From Azolla caroliniana (taxonomy: Eukaryota; Plantae; Polypodiophyta), in NCBI GenBank assembly GCA_043228905.1, contig JBHGNT010000010.1, forward strand, positions 1,612,001 to 1,676,000: a stretch of 64,000 bases of DNA. The letters run 5' to 3'. The position numbers and the translations under genes are program-made. Numbering within the stretch: position 1 is the stretch's first letter; each line of letters begins with the position of its first letter. Shown here piece by piece: positions 26,663 to 39,600 of this stretch. Under the pieces are notes generated by a model that had not been told where the DNA came from, did no database searches, and saw nothing but the letters and a program-made list of their open reading frames with translations.

Positions 26663-28744
26663 TTAACAATAGCATTGATTCTATGGGCTAAAGCAACTAG
26701 TGTGGGAGACGGATAGAAATGTCTTAGTTTTTTACTTATAAATTGTGGAACGAATATTGGAGGTTATGACAGGTGAAAAATATGACAAAAGTAAACATCA
26801 TTAAGAATATCCCTTTTACCACCAACATTAGACAAATGTGTAGCTACAACGATTTCCAATATAGACAAAACCATCCTTTTCTTACTCGAAGAAAATTAAT
26901 GCTAATATACAACTTAACATCACCATGTGCATGTTATAAAATTGAGATACCAATATTTATGAACTTCATCAAACAAGCTTTGCATTGCATCTACAATTCC
27001 TCTTATAAATCTCAATGGTAAAAATTAATAAAAGTCAAAATCTTCATGGCACCTAAAGTTTGGGCACATGCCATAAACTTCTTGACTATGGATTTATAAT
27101 AACCTTCTTGATACAAGCATTACTTCAATGTCAACATTTTGTCACATATCAAATAAAGTAGTGTTAAATTGACAACCAATTATTTGTGAATGTAGAACCT
27201 TTGATGCCTTAACAATTCTATAAAAGTTGTATAAACCAAGGGGCAATTATGTTGTCGATACCAAGATTGCATAATGCTTATATAAAGGAATTGGATGCAA
27301 ACCAAACAACGGTGGAATGTATATGCTAATTAATATTGTAGTATTAAATTATGAGGAAGAAGCATTAAAGATTAATCGTGTAACATGATGCAAATGGATT
27401 TGTAAACCATTCGGTGCATATGGGATTGGGCTATTATTTGACGAATATTGCCTCGAATTTGTCATATTCTATTGTTTATGGAAAATGGGATATCCGGAGA
27501 GTGCAAATGCACCTGATAGGTGTGACATAAAACATGTTGAACTATAGAGACTACATATATTCACGTATTTTGTAGGGATATACGACAATATCTTGGCAGA
27601 AGTTAGAATCCAACAAACTAGCCCCGTAGACCAAATGTGAATTTTGAGGATATGATCTCATAAATCTCCTCTTTCCCATTTGCTTCACAATGAGATCCCA
27701 TAGTTAAATGTTCTCTCATGAGTCATAAGATAACATAATGCTCTAACTATGACATGCACCTTAATGGATCTACATTCCAATGAAGATGTTACAACACATG
27801 GTATTGTGTGAGGTTTCCCCTTCCTAAAGTTACCTACATAAATATTATTATATCTTGTCAATATTTTGTGAGTGCACATGTGAGCACGTATGCATGTAAT
27901 CATGTCATCTACAAAATTTTGAACATTGATTGATTGATATGAAGGACATATATCACAATTACGCTTTTGTAGTCACCTATCTCTTCAAAAGGAGTTGCCT
28001 TTATGTTAGTCTCACAAGTTACAACACCTTAGAGGGTTTTGCCTTGCGATAAGATCCTAACTATATTATAGTGGAGACAGCAAATGTTTTGTTGCATTGT
28101 CATATTTCTTCAAAATATACACTACTTTTATGAGAGATAGATGGACATATTTTATTATCATCCTTGAAGATAAAAAATCACTCATGGAACCAAAAGTTAA
28201 ACATTTTTAAATAGCATGAGTGGAATGGAGTAACAACCCTTGATATTCAAGAATTTTACTAATAAAGGCTACAATCTAGAGTGCATGTTGTCATTGTGAG
28301 AGGAATTTGTGTTAGGGATGGACGAAATGGACAACGTATGGAAAGCAAAGTCGAATGTGGTCATACAAAGAGAGAGCATTGTATCAATATGTAATACTTC
28401 TAACTCATGAACTTGTTATGCATGGTCAAAGAGTCTCCTCTCCTATGACCAAACGCCTCAACCTCAAACTAACGAGAATGTGGGCTAGCTTGTAAGGAAG
28501 TAATGGTTGGTTGATGGAGAAAGGGATGGGATCTAGCATGCACCAGTAACTGTGGTTTCCTCATTTGGAGAAGAAGATAGTTTTGTAGGTTGTTGCAACA
28601 TAAGTGATAAAATGTGTGAAACATGAGCCCTTACATCCTTTTCAAGCCATGATACATCTGTGTTACGAAAGAGCCTAATCCACTAAGGAATGTATTGATA
28701 CATTGCATTTTCCAAACCATTTCTTCATATATTTCATTCATCCT

Positions 28745-28745
28745 A

Positions 28746-28783
<38 letters not shown>
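28745..28783. repeat. Imperfect (GA)n microsatellite
   Basis: Direct reading. Confidence 0.9.
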
Positions 28784-31700
28784 CCTTAGGTCATTTTCAC
28801 CTTAGTTCCAATTCCGTGTTTTCGATGACCTTTAATGGTCGTACAAACCCCTTCGATGGTTTCTCCTACTCGGTTCTACATCTACTTAGGATGGCATATT
28901 TGTAAATGTCATTTCTATGATTTTGTACTATTATTGGAATTACACCACATTGACAAATTCTAAGGTCTTTTTGGACAACTAAGATAAAGTACTGTTGAGA
29001 TAGAGTGAAAGAGAACCCACACGAGATAATTATTGAGGCACTTTTACTCGTAGAAAGGGCTGTGAATATTTTTCAATACCTAGAAAATCACATCTAAACC
29101 AAAATGATTTAAAGCATATGGACCACATTTGTGAGACGTGGTATGCTTTATTACATATAAATGTGATTGTAACAAATTGTGATTTTGAAGGTCTAAACAT
29201 AGGTGTGGTAGGCATTCTATGCGAGAAAGATAGTCAAAATTATGATAATTGGTTGACAAAAAAGCCATAATTGGCGACAAAGCATGTACTTCAAATGAAT
29301 TGTGGAGATTTGATTGGTGAATGATGGTCCTCGACATTGCGGTTTCTCTCGTGATTAACATGCCGGTGCGTTATATTGCTTGATGTTTGGTAGATTTGTG
29401 ACAATGAGTAAACAAATTCATAATTATGAAGGATCACAACACAAGGTGATAGGTACCTTTTGCATGGCGTCTCTAGGAGAAACAAAAGATGCCATGAGCA
29501 CTTAATGCCGCGCGAAGCTTCCTGTTGACAATTACAAATGGAAGAACAAATGTCCTGATGCCTACAACATATTTGAATGAGTCGGAAACAACATACATAC
29601 TCTAAAAGGTGTTTTTCTATTCCCACACCTCGTGTTCATCATCGCGTACATTGCATTCAACTCCAAGGTGTTCACTATATGTAGGTCATTAAGGCCAACA
29701 TATAGTGAACCCATGGAATTGAACTCTCCATCAACTACACATACCCCTTTGTACTCAATATATACACAATATCCTTTGATGTATAAATTCTCTTTTGAAA
29801 TGATTAAATATATACGGTACTCAATGGACACCTTACGTTTCCATGATGGGCAAGGAGATGGGTCACATACATAACATATAGCCATCTAAATACGAAAATC
29901 AAATTGTTAGCTACAACTACAATATCCGTTTCCATTGGTACATGATTTGGTCCTTTCCATCCACAAAGCGAGAGACCTCTGAATCGAACATACAAGTTCA
30001 ATAATATTTGTTGGCACGTGAAACCCAGAATACTTAAAAACGAGATGCTCCTAGGGGATTTCGAGAAGGAGTTAAAGGCGAATCGAAGTAAGCTTAGTAA
30101 AGGGCCAAGAACCTGAGATATACTAGTGGGCGAGTCGGAAGGCATATAACGGGTTTTCGCCAAAACCACTTCACTGTTGCAAAGCGGAAGCTCGATATGC
30201 ATCTCATAGATAACTAGATGAATGCCATCTAACTGGGCCATGAACAAGAGAACCATCCTTTTCATTATATTGTTTCCGACTGGATGGTTGTCGACCCTCG
30301 GAACTAGAGGGTTAAATAAAACATATGGGGTGGGCATCGTTTGGGTACGTATCAACATAATCGAGTAGTGTGAATGCAGCCCGGACAAAGTGTATAGTGT
30401 GAATGCAATCCGGACAAAACCCATGGACTGAAAACAAGAACAAATAAAAAAAAGCCCCCCCCCCCCCCCCCCCCTTGAATGGAGAGAGAGATGGAGATGT
30501 TTTGTAGATTTTATACAATTGGAAATTTGGAATGATGGCAAGGAATTGGGCTGAAAAATGGAGAAATTTAATGGGAAATGTGAAAGCAGATGGGCCATGC
30601 TTTCTCAATGATTCATTCAATTTCAGTTTCATCCCCTTTTTGCTGCATCCATGAGCAGCACACTTACAAAAAATTTCCTCCCTTTCTGATTTCCTGTCTT
30701 AATTTTATCACAATCAGGCGCCTAAATCTCTGCTTCAATTTTGTTGTTGTCAATCATCACGTCTTCATTCATTCATTCATTCATTCGTGTGTTGTAATGT
30801 TTTAATCATCGTCTTCTTCTTGTTTGGCGCTTTAATCCATAGCTTTTACCTCACCTTTCCGTTTAATTAATTATCGCTGTCTTTCTATGTGCCATGGATT
30901 CATGCAGTAAATCCTGCAGTAATTTCTTTTCTCGCAAAACTCATCATGTCAAATGGGCCTGCCCCCTAATTTGATCCTAATTCCATCTTTGGGAAAATTT
31001 ATATACTAAATCAATTGTTCCTTGGTATGTAAAATCCCTCTCTCCTGCTTCATTTATTCATGTAAAAACACCCATCAACAGAATCATTTCGTGTATTAAT
31101 CATCGCCCATCATCAACATTTCCTTTGTCTGCAAATCAAACCCATCGTCGAAATTATTTCTCTATAAACAGTCGCCCACCATCAAAATTGTTTGTCTGTA
31201 AATCGCTCGCCCATCGTCAATCAAAATATTTCTCTATTAATTTGATGTAAACTCTGCCACCATAAAAACAATTATTACCTCACATCGCCCATTACCAAAA
31301 AAACAATTTGATGTCTCTCAAATTTATCATCAAATTTCCTTTATTCATTATCCAACAATATATCTAGCTTCAGTAATAATATTACCTCCCCAGAAATCTT
31401 TTGCATTTAAAGTAAACAATTAAAACAAAAATCAGTGTTATATATGTATATATTTTCTCTGCAATTTACCATTAAAATTCCGCACCTGTCTTGATGGTAG
31501 TAGTATTAAAGTCAGTAATGATAGTCATATACTGCAGAAAACCAAATTCTTTAATCAAATCTCTTCGGTAAAAGAAACAAATCAATCCATTAATTCATTT
31601 CTACCAGTTGATTTTAATTCTCAATCAGGCTATGCATATATGCAGCGGACCGTACGGATAATGGCCTCACTCCTCCGTACAGAATAAAATATTTACAACA

Positions 31701-33158
31701 GGCGTTCAGCTCAAAGGTAAATAAACAATAAAAATGAAAGAGCAGGAAAAGATGAATTTCGTTTTAGTTGTAATGAATTTCTGAAGGGAAGATGGTCAAT
31801 TAATGAAGAAAAATAGAACGATGAATTGGTTTCATCAGTTTGTAGCTAGAAAATGGCTGCTAAAACAGATTTAAAAGATCAATGGTAAGAGAAATTGTAG
31901 GAAAAGAAAGAAATGGATTGATTTCACTAAGTTTAGTCAAGTACACAAAAACTGAAAGACTGGTTGGGATTCGTCACTTCTTTCAGTGATTAATTATGGT
32001 TCACTGATCTGGGGTTAAATCAATGCGTGAATTGGGTGTTAAATTCAGCGAACGGATTACTTATATTAATAGAGAGGAGGAACTAAATAAGAAGAAAAAA
32101 TTGACTATGCTAGTAATATTGGGAAACTTTCACCAAATTTAGTAGGAATAATGACTGATTTGGGTAAAGTTAAATGGCTGATCAGGGCGGTAAATTAATG
32201 ACTGATTTGGGGTTACAATTAATGGACTAAAGTTAAACGTAAGAGTAATTAAAGAGCAAACGTGACTGCTAATTACTCACTAATGTTGATGGATAATTGA
32301 GTGATTCGGGTAAAATTAATGACTAAGCTGGGGTCAGGTGGTAACTTGAATTAGTGGATGGAGCTAAAAAGAGGGTGAAGATAGGGTCTTAAAGCAGTGA
32401 TGGTGAACAGAATAAGAAATAAAGGCTGTGTATTAAATGGCACAGTTTTTTGGGAGGCGGCTGAGAACAAAATCCTACTGCATAAATAAAAAAAACAAAT
32501 CATCACTTAATTATCGATAGGCCTTTCGTTTTTATGAGTCATAGAATGAACAGGAGGCTCATGTCTGTTTTTACATCACAATTGAATTGAAAAAACAGTG
32601 TTGCTGTTGTTATCAGAGAGTTAATTAAAGAGAGGTAAAGCTGTAAAAACAAACATACTGATTATATGTCCTCGGAGACACTAATGCGGGTGTTTCTGAT
32701 TGGGTCATTAAGGGATGCCAGATAGGTAATTAGGCGCAGCAATTGGGTCATTAGAGATGCTATTTGGGTTAATCCGGGATGCTGATATGGGTGTTTAGAG
32801 ATTCTGAATGGCTGGATACCTACATGATGGGTCATCAGGGATGCTGATGCTTGGGTCACTTAAGAGGTTATTTCGGTAATTAGCACTTCCGATTGGGTAG
32901 TTTAAGAGGCTGTTTTGGTAATTAGCGATTCCAATAGGGTCATTAGGGATGTTAATCACAGCTAATTAATTAACCTCACCCATCTGAGCTGCACTCCACT
33001 GCTAGCTAAAGATTTTGGTATGCTATTTCATCTCAAGCTGAATCACGGTAGTATCTGCAATCATACTCTCTTTTAAAACTGATTTTTCTTGGCTCCAAAA
33101 TCGTTCTGTGTTTCCAGCCTATACCTGGTTATTTTCAAGAACTTCAATCCCAGTGGAT

Positions 33159-33372
33159 ATGGCGTCGAGCAAATTTACTCATCTCTCCATGCCCATTTGC
33201 TGAGGAGTAAGTGTAAAGAAATCATCAGATAACCAGAAAAAAATGAATGATCAGCGGATTATCGTACAGAATCGAAAGAGGCAAATTGACAGCATGGATT
33301 CATGGCCGAAAAGGCAGAAGCTGATTGAAAGCTAAAAGGCGGATCAGAGGCAGGAAAATGGAAGCTAGCTGA
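33159..33372 (+). promoter_or_regulatory. Cluster of three candidate uORFs in the TCP leader
   Basis: 33159-33203 (MASSKFTHLSMPIC*), 33243-33335 (MNDQRIIVQNRKRQIDSMDSWPKRQKLIES*) and 33358-33372 (MEAS*). They lie downstream of a candidate 5'-UTR intron acceptor (TTTCCAG ending at 33117). Transcript structure not proven. Confidence 0.45.
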
Positions 33373-33405
33373 GAGAGGTGGGTTTGAGGGTTTGATTTGA
33401 ATCTG

Positions 33406-35172
33406 ATGCAGAGCAGAGCGGAAGGACAGGAAGCAGAAGAAGCAGAAGACGAGCAGGAGATCGGTTTTAGTAGGGCTGCTAATTCTGCATATAATCAGAG
33501 GAAAGCAGGAGCTACCATAGCGACGGAGGAGGAGGAGGAGGAGAAGGAGAAGGAGGCGGCGGCGCTTCCTGTGAAGCGCCGCCGGATCTCAGAGCCTGAG
33601 CTTCATCCGCCATCGCCGATCTCCCACCATATCCACGAAGAATCGAGCAGGCCCTTCTTCTTGTCGGGCCACAGGAGCAGGAATAGCTGCAGCCTGACAG
33701 TTCGATCGACGAACGCCAAGGATCGGCACAGCAAGGTGAGGACGGCGAAAGGCCTTCGCGATCGAAGGGTCCGCCTGTCTGCACCCACTGCCGTTCAATT
33801 CTTCGAGATCCAGGACAGGCTGGGCTTCGATCAGCCCAGCAAGGCGGTGGATTGGCTCATCCAGAACGCCAGATCCGCCATTGATGAGCTCGCCCCCATC
33901 GCCATCGCCATCGCCATCGCTGATGATGAGCCTCAGAAGGAGCAGCAGGAGCTCCTTCAGCCCGCCGCTCCATCCTTCTTCCCCTCTGCAGGGATCGCCA
34001 AGCACTTGCCTCACCACCACAGTTCTGATGATTCGTTGCCGCAGAAGCGCTTCAAATCGAACCCTAATCCTTACTCGGCTATGTCTCAATCCCTTGATTC
34101 TGCTCTGCTGCCGCCGAGCTGTGTCCACCTCCATAGCTCCAGATTAAACCCTAATCTTAACGACACTCAGTCTCAGTCTCAGTCTCTGCAGCAGCAGCAG
34201 CAGCAGCAGCAGGTGGGTAGTGTGGTGCCTGATGGCGTTGCTCGCAGGGCTATGGCGAGAGAGAGAGCTCGCGAGAGAGTGATACTGAGAGGGAAGAGTA
34301 GGCTGAGTAGCCATATGAGGAAGGATCAGGCAGCAGAGGTGGCTCCATCGCCGCCGTGGAAGAAGGTCTCCGCTTCTGCAGCTGTTCTGCTGTCCATGCC
34401 ACCACCATCGCCATCGCCATCGCCACAGACACAGACACAGACACAGACACAGACAGCGCCTGTCAAGCAGCTACAAGTTCTGTCGGATCTCCTCCTTCAA
34501 TCATCTTCGTCTTCTTCTTCATCATCACCATCATCAAAATCGCAGCTGCAGAATCAGGTCAGGATTCCGGCGCCATCGCCTCTGCACCCCCAGTTCTGCA
34601 CAGAAGCTGCAGCTAGCCTTGGTGGGGCCTCCTGCATCGCCCGCCATCGCTTGGATCCTGACACAGGTTGCACTCCTCCATCGCCGCCCAAATTCCATCA
34701 TAACAGTGATCATTCACCCAGGGGTACCCTTCAGTCCATTAATCTCTGCAATTTAGCCACGATCGCTTCCACTACCAGCACTGATTCTGCCATTACTGCC
34801 TCAGATCATTCATATATCCAATTCTACCATCATCCTCATCATCTTCCTCCACCTCCACCATCGCCATTTCTTCACCACCATCGCCATCACATGGATTACC
34901 ATCAACAACCGATGCAGGTAATGCAGAACCAGAATCATATGAATGCTCCTTCGTTATTGATGATGCAGAGATCGGAAATGCCCAATTCTTCTCCCTCTCC
35001 TGCTCCTCCCAACAGTTTGTATTTGCATCAAGCAGATCAGTTAGGTTTAGGGCGCCATTCCCACTCCCATTGCATACTTCCGCCATCTGATGCATTATCA
35101 CTGAGGCGGAACTCCACGGCCGGATTGATATACCTGATGCAAGATCAATTCCTGCCAAAACCGGATAATTAA
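33406..35172 (+). CDS. TCP: Class II CIN-like TCP transcription factor (TCP2/TCP24-like, with R domain), intronless CDS
   Basis: TCP domain [48 protein letters not shown]; R domain [13 protein letters not shown]; RGTLQS motif. First in-frame ATG is at 33406 (the ORF track starts at TTG 33397). Confidence 0.95.
   Translation: MQSRAEGQEAEEAEDEQEIGFSRAANSAYNQRKAGATIATEEEEEEKEKEAAALPVKRRRISEPELHPPSPISHHIHEESSRPFFLSGHRSRNSCSLTVRSTNAKDRHSKVRTAKGLRDRRVRLSAPTAVQFFEIQDRLGFDQPSKAVDWLIQNARSAIDELAPIAIAIAIADDEPQKEQQELLQPAAPSFFPSAGIAKHLPHHHSSDDSLPQKRFKSNPNPYSAMSQSLDSALLPPSCVHLHSSRLNPNLNDTQSQSQSLQQQQQQQQVGSVVPDGVARRAMARERARERVILRGKSRLSSHMRKDQAAEVAPSPPWKKVSASAAVLLSMPPPSPSPSPQTQTQTQTQTAPVKQLQVLSDLLLQSSSSSSSSSPSSKSQLQNQVRIPAPSPLHPQFCTEAAASLGGASCIARHRLDPDTGCTPPSPPKFHHNSDHSPRGTLQSINLCNLATIASTTSTDSAITASDHSYIQFYHHPHHLPPPPPSPFLHHHRHHMDYHQQPMQVMQNQNHMNAPSLLMMQRSEMPNSSPSPAPPNSLYLHQADQLGLGRHSHSHCILPPSDALSLRRNSTAGLIYLMQDQFLPKPDN
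34720..34739 (+). promoter_or_regulatory. miR319 target site in the TCP coding sequence
   Basis: AGGGGTACCCTTCAGTCCAT versus the reverse complement of miR319 (AGGGAGCTCCCTTCAGTCCAA). It encodes RGTLQS, as in miR319-regulated CIN-TCPs. Confidence 0.9.
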
Positions 35173-36399
35173 AAACTTGCTGCTAATATGTATATGATCT
35201 TAGCTTGGATTTTAAGCAACCATCGGAATCGCCCACTGAATTCAATCAGAATCTTTATATAACCAGAACCCAAGTATTTTATGTATATGCTAGCCAGAAA
35301 TCAGTACTTCGGTGTGAAAATGACCGTTAGGGATACGAAGAATGAAAGCCATGGATGCTCTGATGATCATAACCGTTGGATGAGATATATATATACATAT
35401 ATGTATGATTCTTATATATAATTTTGCCACTATTGAATTCAGTATTTCTGTCTGTCTGTCTGTCTTCTTCATGTTCCATATGTAGGTACCCATCCATCTT
35501 GAAGCTTTTGTTGCATATACTTCTGGTTTTCTTCTGCCTCTGGTATTGGGTTGCAAAAATTGAATGATCACTCTTGTTTCACTATTTTGTGTGAATCAAA
35601 AAACAGCAGGTGCTCTATGACCAACTTATACTTAATCATTTCAATCAGATTGAAGATGATTAAGCATAATTAGCATAATTGGCTGCATGGGATTATGGCT
35701 AATCATTTAGTATATGCCCATTGAATTACTAACTTATCCAGCATTGGGTCACACCCATTGACACTTACCTCAGGATTCATTTGTCCGGACAATTGGGTGC
35801 TCATTTTATGGTCAGGGGGCATTGTCGGGCTGATTTTCTCGGGTTTTTTGTTAAGACGAGAGGGATAGGTCCCATTGTCTTGGTTAGTCTAAGGTAGGGG
35901 CGAAAGCATTGTCGGCATTAGCAATCGAGATGGGGAGGTGGTGGACACTAATCACATCTCTCTCTCTCTCTCGGATTTTGCCTACATTTGGTTATTATGT
36001 TTTTTGTTCGGGGTGTACCTTGGTGATTTGTGTGGATGGTGTAGGATATAGAGCCTAAGAGCTAATGGTCGAGCATTGTGGGGGGGAGAGTCTTGATTTG
36101 GATATGCAAGAGTTAGGATGAGCTTTATTCCATTGAGATGATCCAGATAGGTCCAAAATGTAGTCTATATCAGAGGAATGAGAATGCAATGTCTAAAGCC
36201 TAAAGCCTTAGTAATCGTATGCCTCGGATGTCGTTAACACTTCATTGTTTTGGCGAGACATGTGTAGGCTCATAGAGGCTCATGACCATAGAAAAGGTGA
36301 TCAATCCTCCCTTAGGTGGCTCTAACTAGCTATTAGGTGCTTGCAATTTATGAATATTGCTTATATACTTCATAATGTGAGAGAAAGACATCAAGAATA

Positions 36400-36650
36400 A
36401 GCCCAAATGACAAACATCTTTGGGCTTGTACAAATGAACAATATATCTTGATTTATATGGCTAACCATCGGCGCAAATGAGCTTGTTGACACGTGAATAT
36501 CAGGAGTGTAGTTCTCACATACTCTGCATTTCTAGAGGAAGTCATGAAGAATGCAAATGAAAAACATCTCCCTGACTTGTACAAATGAAGAACATATGTG
36601 GACTTACAGGTCTAACCATTCGCACAAATGAGCTTGTTGACAAGCGAATG
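36400..36650. repeat. Diverged ~150-bp tandem duplication
   Basis: AAATGA.AAACATCT...CTTGTACAAATGAA...CTAACCAT...CAAATGAGCTTGTTGACA occurs twice. Confidence 0.8.
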
Positions 36651-39600
36651 CTATGTGTTTAAGGTTGACAAGTGTGATGGGTAGGGATATGGCAGCTTTC
36701 GACGGATGACCGAAATATTCACAATGTAATGTGAGTATTTGTTGCACAAATAATTATGCATTGGTATTTAAGTATTAAATGTTGGCCGTAGATACATATT
36801 ATTATCCTTAACACTTCCTTGTCCATGCTAATCAATAGTACAAGACCACGATAAAGTGACAAATTTTACCTTGTGATAAGAGTTTAATACTTAAAAATGT
36901 GTGAGTACAGCTAGTAATATATAGGAAATATTGTTGGGGTAATGTTTGATATCTCACTTCTCTTTCCTTCGTTAAGATTGAAATAATTGGCTATTATGTG
37001 TCAGTTAAGAGTCAAGACATTCTTTGTGCGAATGTCTTCCTAGGTATTCATTAAGTTTAAGAGAGTTAAGTGTGATTAGGAGCTTCAAATCGATAAGCTA
37101 GGATGCCTTATTGATATGCTCCAACATAGTTTATACAGATTTCACGCCTGCATAATCCACTCAATTCAACACAATGATCTAAAATGGGGGTAACCACGTG
37201 TTAATTAAATCGAATCAACACGAAAATAAGTTCAAGTGTTGCAATCACACTCATTGAAAATGGTGTGAATGAAAACAAAATTTATTCAAAAGATGACATT
37301 TGTATGTGATGTGTCGGATTACGACTATGATACCAAGTTTGGATGAAGACATGAGTTGCAAGTCTTTTATGTGTCCTAAATTTGTCCTTGGATGTTGTTT
37401 TGTTATGAGAGAGATCTATATACATGTTTTAGGTAAGTTTAGTGGTTAATTTGGCTGCCTTGAGATTTACTATACAATTGTACAAGTGTCCATCCATATT
37501 TTAACATATTAAGCCTAATTGTAAGTAAATTGTGTTTCCATTTGAACTCTTGTTTGGCAAAGATGGAGATACATGTTGGATATTCTATCTTTACTTCTAA
37601 TCATCAAATATGTTATTGTATGTGTCACACACGATAAACTCAAAATTGTGAGGGTTGCAGACTATAGGAAAGTGCTTGTAGATGGTATTGGGGACAAATT
37701 TTGCAGGTTTGTAATCGATAAAGTGTATTGTAATTTCAATCACTTCATGCAAATTTCCATAAATCATCAGAGATTCCAAAGTACATGTAGATATGACAGA
37801 GCAAGTGGAGAAAGGTACCCATTCACTTAATTTTAAATTGATTTTCGTTTGCAACTAATGGAGGTGAATGTCCATGTGATATGGATAAAGTATTGAATGG
37901 TGCATCAATATGAACCATTAATCAACTTGACAACATCCTTGAAGTGTTCTCAAAGTGCTATATTGCATATGTATGTTCAGTATCAATGATTATCATAAAA
38001 TTATAGGCAACCAATGTTCTATATGAAACTTAACTATATGAACCAAAATTTGCAGGTTTGTATAGAACATCGGAGATAACCATAGTGCTAAGGTGGGGAC
38101 CAATTGGATTTCATGTTTTTATGCATATGACAGCACCATGGGTGAATGGCACATGCCATTAGGACACAATGCATGATCCATTAAACTTAAGGTATTGATA
38201 AGTAAGTGTGCTAAGTGCATGCGCCACCATGAGCATAGGGCGATCCTTCACAAATGGTTAAGGAAATAGTGAAACGATGTTTTTACTCTTACATTGAGAT
38301 TTCTCGTTGACATGTGTGGGTAATGTAAGACGATTGAGAGTTTGGTACCTCGTATCTTTGTATAATATGTATGCACACAACTATGTAATGACATTTAGCA
38401 TTCAAGTGATTTATCATGCAAAATGCAGAATCTGTTTACTATGCTTTATTCAAGAAGGAGAATCCTTTTCTATCATGGATGATGGGAGACCTTGTCCTTA
38501 ACTCCAAATTCCGTATCGTGTTTTTGTCGCCATCACATGGATGCCCAAATTCATAACGATTCCAACACTTTGTCTTGGACCATTTACTTCCCTCTTATTT
38601 ATAAGACTAGAGACTTTGAACCCACACAAGTTCAAATAATTGAAGCTATATTCTCCCAAAAGATATGTACTTGTTGTAATATACTCTTGTATGACATCTC
38701 CACTCACTTTGGTTCCATCCTCTTGTTGAAAATATATTAAAAAAGTATGCATCTTGTTTTGCAACATCGGCACTATCATGTTTCTAGTGTTTGAAATATT
38801 CTTGTCACGTGAAGTTGGCTTGTCTGCTATTTGTCTTCTATTGGCCAATACCACAACACAGTTCCATCAGCCAAACACTGGCCTATCCTTTCATCCCTTT
38901 GGAGTAGAGATCCGCCCTCCCCATTTGGGAAAAAAAAGGGAGGGGGGTTGCTAGTTGTTCATGAGAAATATGCTTTGTTTAGATGTATAGAAGGTAGGTT
39001 CTAGGAGCACGATCCAATGAAAGTCTTTCAGGAGCCATGCAAAATAAGAAGTTGCCACTCATTTGCTTCCTCAATGGCCTAATGTCCACAAAAAGTGAAA
39101 AAACTAAATAAACGTGTTCTTTATCTTGTAAACAAGCTTTTTTATATACATTGATACTATAATTTTGCTTAGTTTGTTCCTTAATTTGAAGAATATCTTC
39201 TTGGTGAGTTCTCCATGAAGCCTTTTTTCTTATAAATTGAAAAAAAAACATCTCTTTGTAACTGGAATATTGCAAGATCACTTCCTCAAAGAAAACACTT
39301 TGAATCTTCATCCATTGTTATCTCAAGGGGGTCATTGTGTCCAAAATCTATAGTTGTTACTTTTTAGAATGGTTATGGGATGAAATCCATCACGCTATTA
39401 TTATGGTTCAGATACTAAGCTTGTAGTGATGTGTGAGGGAGAACCACATGCCATTGTAATAAGTAGACAACGCATGTGGTAGTTCAATTTCTCTTCAATA
39501 AGTAACCATATAATTTCTATCAACATGGATTTGGAAGTATCAATAATTTTACTACCTACGTAGCTTACTAGAATAAAGTGAACATATGATAAATCCTTAG

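Noticed and set aside
29804-30598. 264-aa minus-strand ORF
   Set aside because: No recognisable domain. It runs through a G homopolymer and TE-like subterminal repeats, so it is probably a chance ORF or TE debris.
33512-35158. Antisense and alternative-frame ORFs overlapping TCP (likewise those overlapping NT-C2 exons and the first gene)
   Set aside because: Expected shadows of GC-rich, low-complexity coding sequence, with no independent motifs.
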